From contig OZ037772.1 in assembly GCA_964035545.1 (NCBI GenBank), positions 10,166,818 through 10,230,817 on the forward strand: a DNA stretch of 64,000 nt, in the 5' to 3' direction. The notes below the pieces were generated by a model. The model searched no databases. It was not told the origin of the DNA and worked only from the letters and a program-made list of their open reading frames with translations. This DNA is from Bugula neritina. Taxonomy: Eukaryota; Animalia; Bryozoa. Of the stretch, positions 1 through 21,346 are shown one piece after another. Made by a program: the position numbers and the translations under genes. The first letter of the stretch is position 1; every line of letters begins with the position of its first letter.

Positions 1-594
1 TGTGCTGCATTTAGTTGATCAACAATTGCGGACGAGTAGCATCTCTCGATGGTGGTCGGTTTCAATAGTTCAAGGTCACATGATGAACTCGTCTTAAGTT
101 TCAATAGAATCTAAACACACTAATTTTTAGCTCATGATCATTTATCTAATTACATATGATCAATGGCCTATTTCAAATAGCAAGAATTTGGCATGCATAA
201 TGCACAGGACAAACTAATTGCTGAAGCAGCGTGACTTATTATCAGTGGCCGGGGTGTGGAAAATTTGGTTAGAATACGCTATGAATTGACTACTAATATA
301 TTAGTGCTTTGTAATCCATACGCAAGAATCTATTTGATGAACATGGTGACATGGGAACATGGTGACAATGTCATTTTTCAAATGTTGTATTTAACTTTAA
401 ACCAATAATTAGTTCAATCACAAAGCAAAAATTAAATGGAAAAACTATAAATATTTAGCCATTCAATTCTCAGTTCATTTTGAAGTTCAATAAATGGCTT
501 TCTTTGGAGTTCAATCTGTTCGTTACTGATGTGTTTTTAAAAGGTATTGCTAACTTATACTAACTTATTATAGAACAATAATTATCTGCAGTAT

Positions 595-897
595 GTTATT
601 TTATAGCGTTGTATTGTATTTTATTGTATAGCATTGCATTGTGTTTTATTGTATAGCATTGCATTGTATTTTATTGTATAGCATTGTATTGTATTTTATT
701 GTATAGCATTGCATTGTATTTTATTGTATAGCATTGTATTGTATTCTATTGTATAGCATTGTATTGTATTTTATTGTATAGCATTGTATTGTATTTTATT
801 GTATAGCATTGCATTGTATTTTATTGTATGGCACTGCATTGTATGTTATTGTATAGCATTGTATTGTATTTTATTGTATAGCATTGCATTGTATTTA
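595..897. repeat. ATTGT-based pentamer/25-bp tandem repeat (homolog at ~62220-62330)
   Basis: Repeated TTATTGTATAGCATTGYATTGTATT. Confidence 0.85.
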
Positions 898-2918
898 TCA
901 ATTTCTTCCACCAATTAAAGAGAGAGTGACTTATTACTATAGTAAATCTCACCCAAATACATTTATTATTTCTACTGTAGTATTACTTATAAGATGTGAC
1001 CAGCTCCTTGAAGTGTTGCTTGTATATGTTGAGTTAAAAAACATGAATATTGTAGCAGAGGTAGCATGTAACAGTGTTGACTATTAAATAGACAGAACAT
1101 GTCTTCTAATATTTCTATAACTATACTCAGATTGAATATAGTTCCTTCTCACTGCTTAAAGAACTCTGACCTATAATATTATAAGATAACTCACCACAGT
1201 ATATACAACTCTAATCATTAGCAACTATAATATTATTATGCTTTGTACAATGTTTACTATATATAATATAGTAGAGATGGAAGGTTAAAAGAAGCGCATG
1301 CACAAAAGATAATACTAAAGCGTTAAATTTTATATCATATGGTCTGATATATAATATAACATGTCAGTTGGATTGTTGTTGCTGCATGGAAATCAATTTG
1401 AGTTTGTAGAAATGTTTAAAGAGTTTTGGTGAACAGAATGTGAAGGTTGACAAAACTTTATCTGAAACTTGTTTCTTTTGCAAAGCAGACATGCTGTTTT
1501 GGCTTCATCTCTGCTTTTATGTATTATATAAATTTGAATTATAAATAACGATTCCATTACTGAAAAAGAATAATATCTCTGTATGTCAATACTTTGTAGA
1601 TAGAAATTGTTTGCTTTTTCACCAAATGAAGGGTAGTTCAAGTTTGTAGAAATATCATATCTTTTGTAGAATAAGCTTTTTAGTGAAAGTTTTAATTCCA
1701 GCTTATAATAGCACTGAATAGTACGCTGTATAATAAGCTGGAGAAGAGAAAGCAGTTTAGCTGCACTCAAATTATTAGTATGGCAATAATCTCTAGAAAA
1801 AAGCTAGTCATTTGCATTATGATCTTTTTCAGAGTAATAGAAACAGTTTATACTAAATAAAAATTGATTGTTTATGAACTACTAACTAATTCCTATTTGT
1901 AACGTGTCTAATTATAGATGTGTGATATTTTATAGAAGGTGATAATAAAAATACTAAAGGATATTAAAAGTAAAACCGGATATAATTTTGGGATTTCTCT
2001 TTATTAACTGAAGAACCAATTGCCAAATAAAAATCAATCTAATCTTCATTAAATGAGCTGCTTATTGTAAGGGAATAATGTGCTATTTCTTGCTACTGAT
2101 TATAATTTCATACCACAGCTGAAAACAGTTTCACATCATATCATATCTCAACGCAACACAGCAATCTGTATATATTATTAGCAAAATCTGATGCATTAGT
2201 AATTTCTAAGACAGCAAACATAGACACAAATAATTGGGCTTGATATAATTGCAAATAACAAAAGTTTAGTCAAGATAGAAAATAATAGGAAATTGAGTGA
2301 AAATTTTGCAAATTTAAAGTACATAATATATATGTAGCCACCACCAATAAGATTATTATATAAAGTTTACATATTTGTAGAAATAGATTGTGTATAATTG
2401 ATATAACGTCCACTGTGAAGTAGAAAGTTAAACATGCAGACGACTATAGTGAAGTAAACTGACTTAGTTGACTGATTAAAGCAGAGATGTACTGGGAAGG
2501 TAACTCCATATGTATGACTCAACACGTTGTGTTCTACAAAGCATAGCAGAGATGTCTAGTATATACAATATCTGACATGTTATAATAACATAATACTATG
2601 AGACATTAGTATACGTTGTATGCATTGTAAACTGTTGTTTTATAATTTAACTATTGATTGATAACCAATCAGGGGAGATAACTGGTAATAATGTGTACAA
2701 TACTATATAGGTAACCAACAATATTATTATAATACTATAGAGAGTCATAATATTTCTATGCAATAAAAAGCAATTCAACACACAATATTATACAACAAGA
2801 TGCAGTGTAAAACTATTCAATGCAAAGCAGCATTAGAAAGATGAATTAGAAAGGCACTCAGTACCTCTCACAACATTTACTGACCTTTATTAGAGTATCC
2901 CAGTCATTTAGTTCACCT

Positions 2919-5900
2919 TCACTTCAGCTGATAAAACTTAACTTGTCCATTAGAAGAGTGTACTGGAACTACTAGAGTAGAGCCAGTGATGTGGAGATCA
3001 GGTATGTAACTCTTTATAGTAGATATCCTGGTTAGTAACTTGCCTGTAGAGATAAAATTCATAATGTTCTTTTTTAGGAATCAAAGATAATATTAAAAGA
3101 GTGCAGTTTATTTGTAGGAAATATATAAATATGAATGAACTCATTTTATCATATTATAACACATATATTTCATACACTATGTGTATTCTACACAGTAACT
3201 AACCTGTATGTAATGATAGTACACAGAGTGTGATAGGTTCAGCATCATCAGCCACAAGTACAAACTCATCTCTATAGCAGGTCACTCCACAAGGTTCAGC
3301 CACTTCCTTACACTGCCAGATAATGTCACCTGATGTGGTGTCTACTTTGTATACTAGAGATGAGTGATACTGAGATATAATAATTGAGTTATTATCTGCA
3401 GCAGACAGATGTACAGCAGTATCAGTGAGTAGAAGACAGGGTAAAGTGTTTACTACCTCCCCATTCAGAGAGTAGAATACTAGAGTTTTATTCAGCCTGT
3501 CAGGAATAGCTATCTGATTGTTTATGATGGCAAGTTGATTTACCCACTCTGATTTATTATCTGTATGAGTCCAGCTGGTGATGAATCTCCCTTTAAGGTC
3601 ATGAACTCTTACAGTTGAATCAGAAAACAGAGTATATATCCTATCATTATGTACTGAGATACTCATCACATTGCTACCTTTAATAGAGATGAATGATTTA
3701 GTTACTTTGTTGTTCTCATCTATCCTGTGTACACCTTCATAACACCCAGCATATGTGATACCTTTATAGGTGTGAACAGAATAGCAGTGTGGAGAAACTT
3801 TTGCAGTGCTTATCAGTTCCGCAGTCTTGGGTGGTGGAGGTGAGACAACCAGTCCTTGTTCAGGAGTTATACTTGCAGTTCTTTCATTGGTCAGCTCAAT
3901 CTCTGTATCTCTTTTTTCTTCTGTAATAAAAATATTGACATGCATGACATAGTAATATATTATAAAAGCAGCTGATACATCAGAAAAACTAGCAGATATG
4001 TAAACATACATGCATATTTTTGGGCTCCGCTACACAAACAGCAGTGCTAGCAACACTGCAATGATCATGCACTTTTCATTTAAAAATTAATTTTATAAGT
4101 TTGATCTTTTAGACCAAATTATTTTTATGGGAACCAACTATTGAATAAAAATCACTGCAGAAAAAAATCAGCAGCTGTGTTCATGTCAACAAATTATTAA
4201 AATCAATTCTAATGATATTCTATTTAGTGATATACTACTATATTAAATTAGGTTCTGTTCACCAATTAACTTGTATTAGTATTCTCCAAGAGTATAAGCA
4301 CAGCTATTGCACAAGTGTGTAAATCTATATAATGTAGTTGAAAGAAGTATACATATTGGGGGAGATGTAGGCCACTTCCTCCTCAGTGAAAATTAATTAC
4401 TAAAGATTCCCACTAACATTATTTACCATATAACTTGGTTTAATAGGATCTTGTAGGGGTGTAGTGTGGCAATAGTACAAACCCAGTTTTGAAAATAATA
4501 GTGTCTTAATTTAAATCAGTATTTGTAATGTATTTTTATAACACGGATCAATAGAGTGAAATACCAGATGATGAAAAAGTAACAGTTGGCAACATAGCTA
4601 TAGCTTACATACAAATATACCTCAAATTCACAAGTCAAAATATACTTACTTGATCATGTTACCTAATTACGGTTAGATAAAAAACTTCCTAAAGATAAAT
4701 AGGATTATTGAGCCATTCAATATCTTGTTTTAAGTAGTTTTGCATATTGATAGCATAAAAATGACCTTTAACATCTATAAAACTGACCTTTGACCTCTAC
4801 AGATGCTACAAGATCAAAATGTGCCAACTTAGGAATCTCTTCTGTCAACAGTCTATCAATCTCCTTCTTCATGTCACGATATGACTTGATGATGTCAACC
4901 TAACAATATTATATATACACACAATGTGACACTGTGTAGCAGGTGTCTAAGAGTTGTCTGCTATTATAGAGAATGCTAGAATTGAGTATAGACATTGAGA
5001 ACAACAACAATGCTGTGTTTGACACCAACTAAACCATCTAAAAGCAGCATTACAATGCAAAAGATTGCAGGATCGAGAGTGAAAAGCCCAATTCATAGGA
5101 AAAAAAAGCTTCTACAAACTAATTGGCAGACTTTACACTAATTATATGCCCTATAGTATTATACAGTGTGCTATAATATTATACAGTACCCTATGGTATT
5201 ATACAGTGTTCTATAGTATATTATACAGTGTGCTATAGTATTATACAGTGTGCTATGGTATATTATACAGTGTACTATAGTATTATACAGTATCCTATAG
5301 TATTATACAGTATCCTATATATAGTATTATACAGTATATTCCTATATATAGTATTTATACAGTATCCTATAGTATTAAACAGTGTCCTATAGTAGAAAAT
5401 TATTTTAGTTACATTATATCTATTTATATTATTTAAATGATCTATAGATGTTATATAAAATAGTCAAACTGCTACAGATACACACACCATAGCATCTACT
5501 ATCCATACTCTGTAGCTAACCTCATGACTTTGGTCTAACTTAGCCTCTATTCCTTCTCTGTGATTATAAAGCTTACAGTATCTAACCCCCACTTCCTCAC
5601 CATGAAGTTCACTGCTTGACTCTCAGTCTTTTCTCTCTTCTCCACCAGTTCTTTTTCCAGTTTGTCATACTTCTGTTGAATAGCTGCTATCTAAATACAG
5701 TCACATTAAATATAGGAGAAGATAGTTTGGTTTGAGGAGTGTCTGAGTGTATAATCATCTTGCATCTACCAAAAAAGTAGCTTATCTCAGATGATTATAA
5801 AAAAACTATAAACAAACTCTCACAGTTACTATATGATCTTTATAATTATCAAATTTAAAAACCATGTAATAGTCACCTGATCATCACGCTGTTTACATAG

Positions 5901-7351
5901 CATCCCCAGTAACTTTTTGGTTTCAGCTCTAAACTCATCAATGTTTGCAGCTATCTGTTTGTAATATCCAGATAAGTTGTCTTCTCTTGCCTTCAACTTT
6001 GTGACTTCCACTAGCTGCATTGTTAAATCCTTCAATGTCAAGAGTGTATGCTGTGATGTACCTAAAGTAATATATACAAAGTATAATGTATAAGCTGTTG
6101 TGTACCTGAATCATGTAATATATATTGCAAGTAAACAGAAGAATAGACACTTACCATCGACACATACCCCAGCTGTAGGTACACACTGAGTACAGAGTAG
6201 CTTGAGACAGACTTTACAACCCAAAGTATACTCTACGTCTGCATGTGTCTCACACATTCTCTTCTCTAATTTAGCAGCACGAGCTTTATACTCTGTCATA
6301 TTTATTCTAGAATGTTCCTCGGCCAGATTGTCATGGTCCTAAGACAAATATATACAAAAGAGTTTGTGGCTTACTAACGATTTTACATCTAAGATTGCAT
6401 ATAATATACATTATAATGGTCCTAATGTCATGATCATATAATGCCTAAAGTATATATGCAATAGTATACAATTTAAAAATATTTAAAGATATATTGTACA
6501 ATCTATTACAATAAAAGCATGGATGTAAGAAATCAATCTTGAGAGTTATGTCTCCTTGATCATAACTTTTATCTTATGTATAATAAACTACAGCATGCTG
6601 ATCGATAAATTTTAGGAGGTAAAGACACAAAACCAATTCATGTAAGCAAATGAGTGAAAACAAGTGAAACCAAATGAATGTTTTCGATTGATGAATCAAA
6701 TCAAATATTGTAAATAATTTGTTGCAAAGCTGATTAAATTATTTCTCTGCAAAGTATCACCAAAATCTCAAGCTTTCAGTTTCAAAATATCACATATAAA
6801 GATATACACACAGAAAACACGAAAAATAGTGTTAACTTACAATGACATGTTTAGCACAGTACAGTTTGGAACAAACTAAACAATACATCAGAGCAGGTGT
6901 GTTATTAACTCCTGACTTTGTACAGACTTCACAAAGTATAGACTTATCTATCTGTTTCATCTGGTCTGCTGTTGGTAACTTATCAGGTGTTGTATTGAAC
7001 ACTTGTCTGTAACATAAATGATAAATTTATTGTTGATATATCATCAATTAGTTTTATCTTAGAGAACATTTATCAATCAACACTCATAGTATAATTTGCT
7101 CTGTTCCACCTCGTGATATTATATCAACTGTAATATATACTAGACAGCAGACGTAGCGAAAACCACATAGCAAATACTTTGACATAAACTTACCGACATA
7201 TTCCACATTTAAGAGCATTTAGCCTTCCATAAAATTCATTCAAACACTTGTCACAGTGTGGGTGAGTACAAGGCAGTGCCTTAATTTCCTCTAACTTGAG
7301 TTTAGATAAACAAATAGTACATCTCACCATCTGTTGTGGTTTGGATGCCAT
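2919..7351 (-). pseudogene. TRIM-like RING/B-box/B-box/coiled-coil/NHL-like propeller gene, copy 1; frameshifted in exon 5
   Basis: Exons 7351-7194 (C3HC4 RING: CTIC...CTHPHCDKC...CGIC), 7006-6841 (B-box), 6338-6155 (B-box), 6061-5877, 5690-5521, 4899-4788, 3920-3204 and 3043-2919, all GT-AG. Exon 5 is 170 nt versus 171 nt in copies 2 and 3 (ttcctcaccat vs ttcctctaccat), giving a premature TAG at 5547-5549. Confidence 0.85.
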
Positions 7352-7916
7352 TTTGTTCTACAATTACATCATATTAGGACGACACAATCATGTTGATCAC
7401 AATGATTTCAGAGCAGTTATCAATACTTATACAAGTGGATGGCAAGAGAATTAAAAGAAGATTTGGACATTGCCCAAGTTAAAAGAACAGCAAACAATTC
7501 TATCACCAACTATCTGATATTAATATTGAATTATTTACATCTACATCTAGCAAGGGCTGACACTAGACTAGGTAGTAACTTTGCGTTCGAGGCTGTCGTC
7601 ATTTCGACTGTGGTGTTAACCAACTTACAGTTAGTGATTCATTAACGTTCAACCTATTATTGTTAAAGTTAATAATTAATTCATTATGAAAATGACAATA
7701 CCTTTATCGTTCATTTTGATATTAGTTGAGTGAGACTGAGAGCAAGCATTGCAATCTGCCAGTCACAATCACAATGACAATCACAGTGGCAATGATGTAT
7801 TTTTAAAACTAATGACAATCACAATGTGATGGATGATTACAGTTAATGTTATAACCATAATCCTAATAGCTAAAGGTAAAAGTTGAATGTAAATATGGTA
7901 AATTAAAATTGACTCA

Positions 7917-8100
7917 CCAAAAAAGTGTTCACTGAGTGACTCAGGTTCTTCAATTCTAATAGTAATTGTGTTCAATCGAATGGATATGATTGACCTACTT
8001 CTAGTTCTACTCAAAACTGCTTTGCAAGCTGCTGCGAGGAAGTTGAAAATGAAACGGCGCTACAGATGAGTAATAGAAATTTCCCGAGTTGGAAATTTTA
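7917..8100 (-). promoter_or_regulatory. Putative TRIM non-coding first exon and promoter with ISRE-like and kB-like motifs, copy 1
   Basis: Donor GTGAGT at 7916-7911; GAAAATGAAAC at 8045-8055; GGGAAATTTC (minus strand) at 8076-8085; TGACTCA near 7937. Confidence 0.45.
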
Positions 8101-9043
8101 CGTGCTCGTAGATAAAGTCTGCAAAACAGACGTTGCTGAATCATTTGTTTACCGGGAATAATTCCGATGTTACATTAGCCGAAAGCTGTACTGCATTTGA
8201 CGCAACAGCGATGTGAAGAGCAGACTACTCTTACACTACAATTCTCTCTCAATAGCAATAATATAATAACTATTATCCATCAGTTATTAAAAGCTAACAC
8301 ATTTCTTTATTCAAAATCTTAAGCATCCGAAACAAATTGTTTATTACATTGCATTGGTAGCTGCATATCCTAAGAGGAGTAAAATGTTTGGCCAAAAAAG
8401 TCACAAATCTGTGCATTAACCATCTAACACTGACCTGCACCTTTCTCTATTACTACTATGAGTTATACTATATTACAGACTTGAAATAAATTGTAGTCAG
8501 TGGAGTCAGTGAATCATTTCCTTTTATTGGCTTTGCAGAATATTTTCTTGCTTATATCCAATATTTTAGTCACATCAAATGATATAGTATGACTCTAACA
8601 AGTAGCATGTAATGGCGAAGGTATATAGAAGCTTATAAGATTTATATACAGGTATTTTATAGTTGTGTATTTTACTTTTTATATCAAAAGCATATCATGT
8701 AACCTGCCAGTATATTAACATATCCCAATCGTTGTCACATACTGGAGACCATTATAAACCAACAACTAATAAAATGAAACTTGCTTATCATTGTCATTTG
8801 TCATCTTTGACCTAGTTTAAATACAAACCAATCAGAATTGATTTAAATACTGAGATTTATTTACAATAATACAAAAGTCATAAACTCTAAATGATAAAAA
8901 CTATAGTAGGCTATATAATATAACTATAATAAATTATTCAGCACTTTGACACAATGTCCGCTGTGACTTAGTGCACTCTGTTTATCACACTGACTAGGTT
9001 GAGACGGGTACAAGTTACTCGTACAGTACAATACTAGATAGCC

Positions 9044-11032
9044 TCAGCTCCCCTTGGCTACTTTCTTCAACTGGTGCCACCACTCCAAACTCTTATTGTT
9101 GGTATTGAGAGAATGCTGAAGCTCTCTCCAATGTTCAGCTCCTCTCTTGTCACCGTCTGCACTGATGTACACTCTACCAACCACCTGTCAAGTATAAGTG
9201 TCGGTATGTATTCATAGTGTGTGAGCAGGTGCCCAGCAGGTACCATAAAAGGAGTTGACTACAGGACTCCTGCTGATTGTTAGAAACTGAGCAAATTATA
9301 ATTATTAAATGTTTTAATTTCTGAGCATTCCTGTTCAAAATATTTATTATAACCACAAAATTTCTTTCCAAATTTACCAAAATTTTTATAAAAATAAAAT
9401 TTAAACACTAATTATTGTTAAAGTATTATTAAACGAAAGGCAACCGAGCATTATAGCAATATAACTCAAATGTTCAAATGAGTCTAAAGGACTTAAACTC
9501 AGCCTTAACATAGCTCGAGTTTCCAGGTTATGCTATAGAAATGTTGATATATGAAATAATATCTACAGAACAGCGGAACTCCTTGGTAGACGCCCTCACC
9601 TCATAACTACTGATTTTCACTTTACACAAGTCTACGACTATACTCATATCAGCTAGTTTCACGTGTTGAGGCAGAGCTAGAACTATCTCCTGGTTGAAGA
9701 GTGGATTAGTAGTCACTTTGATGTTATCTATAGTACGTTTCTTCTTCAACTTCTTTCCATCTTCTAGCACCGTCACTCTTACCGTTAGGCCTGTAATATT
9801 TTTAAAAATTAAGAGTTTTAGCATCTGATAATCATAAAATATATCATATTCCTATAAAATATATTATATCTCTATAAAAATTAGTCCCTGCCACGCAGGA
9901 GTTGCACCACACAGCTCCGGCTTACAAGTAAGCACGCTACCATCGCACCACAGGGGCTGCTGGGTAAACTCAACAATACGTCCCACCCAGTTCTCTAGAA
10001 ATTTGCTGGCTCTTTTACTACTGCCTTAGACATCTGCCTCCCCCTCTCCACCCCCCCCCCGTCTTTCAATCACCTTGGATTACTATAACTGCTATAAAAC
10101 TTTACGAAATAACATGTAAAACTTTTTCCCCCACTAGGATTTAAACCCAAGACGAGTCCTCCGAGTCGGAAGGAAGTATGCTACCATTGCACCACATGGG
10201 GCTCTCTTTCATTATCCTTTCAAAATTAAACCCTTTTGACACTTAAAAACAATTTCAAAATCTGACTGTTAAACATGGAATATATTATAAAATTTCAAAA
10301 GTTTAATTATCCAATAATTATAAAATATGCATCACTCTTTTTATATGCACTTTAGTGAAAATTGTATATTGTTCACATTAACACAGCTTTTAAAGCATCA
10401 GCTATCTTTGAAGTTGCTTACCCAGTACTGCGATTTCGTCTTCTATGTGTAAATCTTTTGCTTTAGCAAAAAAAAGGTGAGCGTAAGATTATCTTTAGCC
10501 TTTGTGCTCTTCATGGAAAACAGCAGCTCTCCGACATAATTCTAAAGGATAATTTGGAAAACATATATAATACTATTATAAATAAATAAATAAACAAATA
10601 GAGTCCTGTACACATATACACTTTGCAGCTTGCATTTAATATATATTTACATTTCTTTTGCATACATTATAAACACATTTCATCTAACTACATAAAAACA
10701 TATTAATTTATGATGAATGCAACACACAGGTGCATTACATATGCATAATGTAAATACTATAATATTAAATGTTATATTTATAATTATATGTAGTTTTATT
10801 TTATTTACAATACTGTATTCACTGTATACTGTGAATTTTAAATAATGAAATATATTCACCTCTTCATGGTCATGTGACTCAGGTAGACATCTGTCAATGT
10901 GTTTCTCTACGTATAATGACTCATCATGTGGTAGACTATTTAAACGTAGTTGGACAACTCCAACTTTCTCCGTCTTCACAAACTGATCGTAGTCATACAG
11001 GTGACATAACAGATGTTTCCCTGAGAGATCAT
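9044..11032 (-). pseudogene. Synaptotagmin-like C2 gene, 3' half only (end of C2A plus C2B), copy 1
   Basis: Exons 11032-10860 (LYDYDQF..KVG), 10541-10422, 9790-9600 (KKLKKKRT..NPLFNQE) and 9184-9044 (EHWREL...WWHQL*, the synaptotagmin WHxL terminus). No upstream TM or early-C2A exons. A 1-nt deletion in the A-run at ~10468-10475 relative to copies 2 and 3. Confidence 0.8.
9886..10205 (-). mobile_element. Dimeric tRNA-like SINE relic in the synaptotagmin intron (also 54815-55135; collapsed to one unit at 37625-37695)
   Basis: Two tRNA-like heads (TGGTGCRATGGTAGC...GGTGCAACTCC / GGTTTAAATCC). Copy 2 is deleted between the repeated ctaccattgcaccaca. Confidence 0.55.
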
Positions 11033-11171
11033 CTAATTGAATACAGAACACCAGAATATTGCTGTGATTCTAGTAATAATACAGTCGAGTGATAAAAACA
11101 CTCATTTCACAAGCATGTAACAGAAACAAAATTCGACATAATAGGTGGGATGATAGACACCGAATACAGTG

Positions 11172-11326
11172 CACTACTGTACTTACTTGATAAATACTAT
11201 ACCACTGTATTTACTTAGTAAATACTATACCACTGTACTTACTTAGTAAATACTATACCACTGTACTTACTTAGTATATACTATACCACTGTACTTACTT
11301 AGTAAATACTATACCACTGCACTTAC
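11172..11326. repeat. 28-bp minisatellite, ~5.5 units
   Basis: Unit ACTATACCACTGTACTTACTTAGTAAAT, abutting the PTGES2 exon 7 donor. Confidence 0.9.
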
Positions 11327-14261
<2,935 letters not shown>

Positions 14262-14555
14262 CTTTGTTAAATGTACGAATTTGATCAGCTGTAGTAGCCT
14301 TCGCTTGATAAATACTCTACCCTTACAAATTGTGAAGCTGGCTTAGGTGAATATTTAGAGGCAACTTTAGGCTATTTAGAGTACAATAAGGTCGTTTTTA
14401 ACACCAGTATATTAGCAACTAGCCGGTGTCTTTAAAGACGCAAATAGTTCTGAGTTATGTAATACGCGCATTCGTAGAGCATAACTCCTTCTTATTTGCG
14501 CAGAGGCGAGGCGAGTCAAATAGTGCACTAGCTCCGGTGTGATGTAAGATTATCC

Positions 14556-16868
<2,313 letters not shown>

Positions 16869-16876
16869 GATTATCC

Positions 16877-19356
<2,480 letters not shown>

Positions 19357-19854
19357 GATTATCCCAATAAACTAAAACTTCTTTTAGTTGTAATTATCGT
19401 TCAACGATTATACCCTTTGAAGAGCATTCTCCGTAATGATCATAGATCAATAAACACACTAGAATCTCAGATCAAAATAATAATAGCTATAGCTATAATA
19501 GTTTAAGATTTATACTAAAAAACAAGTTTATTCGGTGTATTTTTTATCAGCAACCAGAGAAACTTGATAAAATACATCCAGCTAAATTTGTAGCCCAAGT
19601 TTGATTAATGAAGGATGTCATTAACCCCTGGTGACTTCCAATCTCAATTCACAAAAGAAGCATTAGTATATAAAATTTATAAATAAATGTGTAACTAAAT
19701 TGTGTAAATTAACAAAATTATGGATATACAGAAAAATACACTATATTCAGATTGGAAATGTACAGTTTACAAAAATAGGCTGAGTATTTGTATCATATAT
19801 GCAATGTGCTGAAAATGAGAAATTAAGAAGATATTATATAAGTATAATGAGAGA

Positions 19855-20061
19855 AGGAAGCAAATGTGGTCTAGCAGTTAGAGCGTTTACTTAGTGACAA
19901 ACCCTGACAAAGGCCATTGGAGATGTTAGGAAGAGCATCCAGTCATAAATGCTCCTTTGTCTCATCTGAACAAGTTCTTAGCCGGATTCAACAAAAAAAT
20001 TTCCAGCAGGAGTTTCTCACAGGGATAGCGACTATAAACTTGCGTGAATGAGTTGTTTAAG
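19855..20061 (+). mobile_element. tRNA-derived SINE
   Basis: Box A-like TGGTCTAGCAG, core GGAAGAGCATCCAG, flanking direct repeat taatgagaga. Absent in copies 2 and 3; related copy at ~48870-49050. Confidence 0.7.
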
Positions 20062-20602
20062 TAATGAGAGAGTGCACAATATTCTGTTAGAAGCATGTAA
20101 ATTATAGCCTGAGTTTCAAGTCAACTGGTGAATAGGAAACTAAAATGAGCAGTAATTCTATAGTGAAGGAACAGGTTCAGCCTATGATCCAACCATGCAT
20201 GTAGATAGTTTCTAGAGAAGAGAATTCCTCTAGCATGCCTAAAATTAGTAAATGAAAAGCTACAATAACAACTATACATTGAACGAAATAAGCTAATTTA
20301 CATAAATCAGACTTTGATGTACAGAAAGACTAATAGTAAAACTATATATTACATATACCCCATAATCTACGTCTTATATTTGTTCTTGATTGAAATAATA
20401 TAGACTGAAAGAAAGTATAAGCTGCACAGCATAAATTATCTGACATAATATATATGTCTACTATACGCTACACTACACTGCGCTGTACTGCACTGCACTG
20501 CACTGCACTGCACTACACTGCACTATACCGCACTACACTACACTACACTGCACTGCACTGCACTGCACTACACTGCACTACACGACACTACACTACACTA
20601 CA

Positions 20603-20865
20603 AAGGATTTTTCCCAAATCTAGTAAAATTTCAATAAATACACCTAAATAATTAAAGTTCTTTTTAATTTTGCTTAATTTCTCATGTCTCTTCCTAATTA
20701 TTCAGCTACATTATGCAGAGTGTTATGAAAAAACCATATAACTCTCTGAAATCAAAAGTAGCTGAAGAATTAGAAAAAAACATGGGAAATCGAGCAAAAT
20801 TAAGAAGAACCTTGATTATTTAGGTGTATTTATTGATATTTTACTAGTTTTGGGCAAAAGCCCTT
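20603..20865. mobile_element. MITE with ~105-bp imperfect inverted arms
   Basis: 20603-20709 is the approximate reverse complement of 20758-20865. It sits where spacer sequence is missing between copies 1 and 2. Confidence 0.75.
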
Positions 20866-21042
20866 ATTCATTAGCGGCTAATTTGTAAAAAATAACTAAA
20901 AACTTGAGATTTTCAGTGTGTACTAAATTAAGAAAATGACCCTTAAATACTAAATGAAAATTGATTGTTTATAAACTACTGACCAATTCCTATTTGTAAC
21001 ATGTCTAATAGATGTGTGATATTTTCTAGAAGGTGATAATAA

Positions 21043-21346
21043 TGTGGTGGCTCGTGGAGCTACCAACAGCACGATACGCGGGGTCGCGCATTGACCCGGA
21101 ACAATGTACTTAGCCAATCAGCGAGGCTGCTAGTTAGTAGCAGTAGTTAGCTTCGCGCTACTTGTCAGTTGTGAATAGTGTAATAGATTAATAGACGTGT
21201 AGATTTCCGAATACTCTGTACCGTTTTTATTATGTATCTTATACTCAAAATATACTCTTATTAACTCGGCTTATCTTGGTGGAGTTCTCTCGCACTAAAT
21301 AGACTCTCTTGATTGCACATCAACCTAAATACTGGAAATTACAACA
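21043..21346 (+). mobile_element. Solo LTR related to the Gypsy LTR
   Basis: TGTGGTGG...ACAACA termini, 4-bp TSD ATAA, similar to the reverse complement of 28108-28413. Empty site in copy 1 at ~1945. Confidence 0.9.

Noticed and set aside
7439-7645. MARELKED ORF recurring at 27656 and 52368
   Set aside because: Recurs only because of the segmental duplication; the start codon is lost in copy 2 and no domain is recognisable.
7781-8014. MSRTRSRS ORF recurring at 35557 and 52745
   Set aside because: Starts at TTG, overlaps the likely 5'-UTR exon, and runs through its splice donor with different tails in each copy.
9886-10205. Functional tRNA genes
   Set aside because: Box A/B-like motifs are present but the cloverleaf is degenerate and differs among copies; better explained as a SINE relic.
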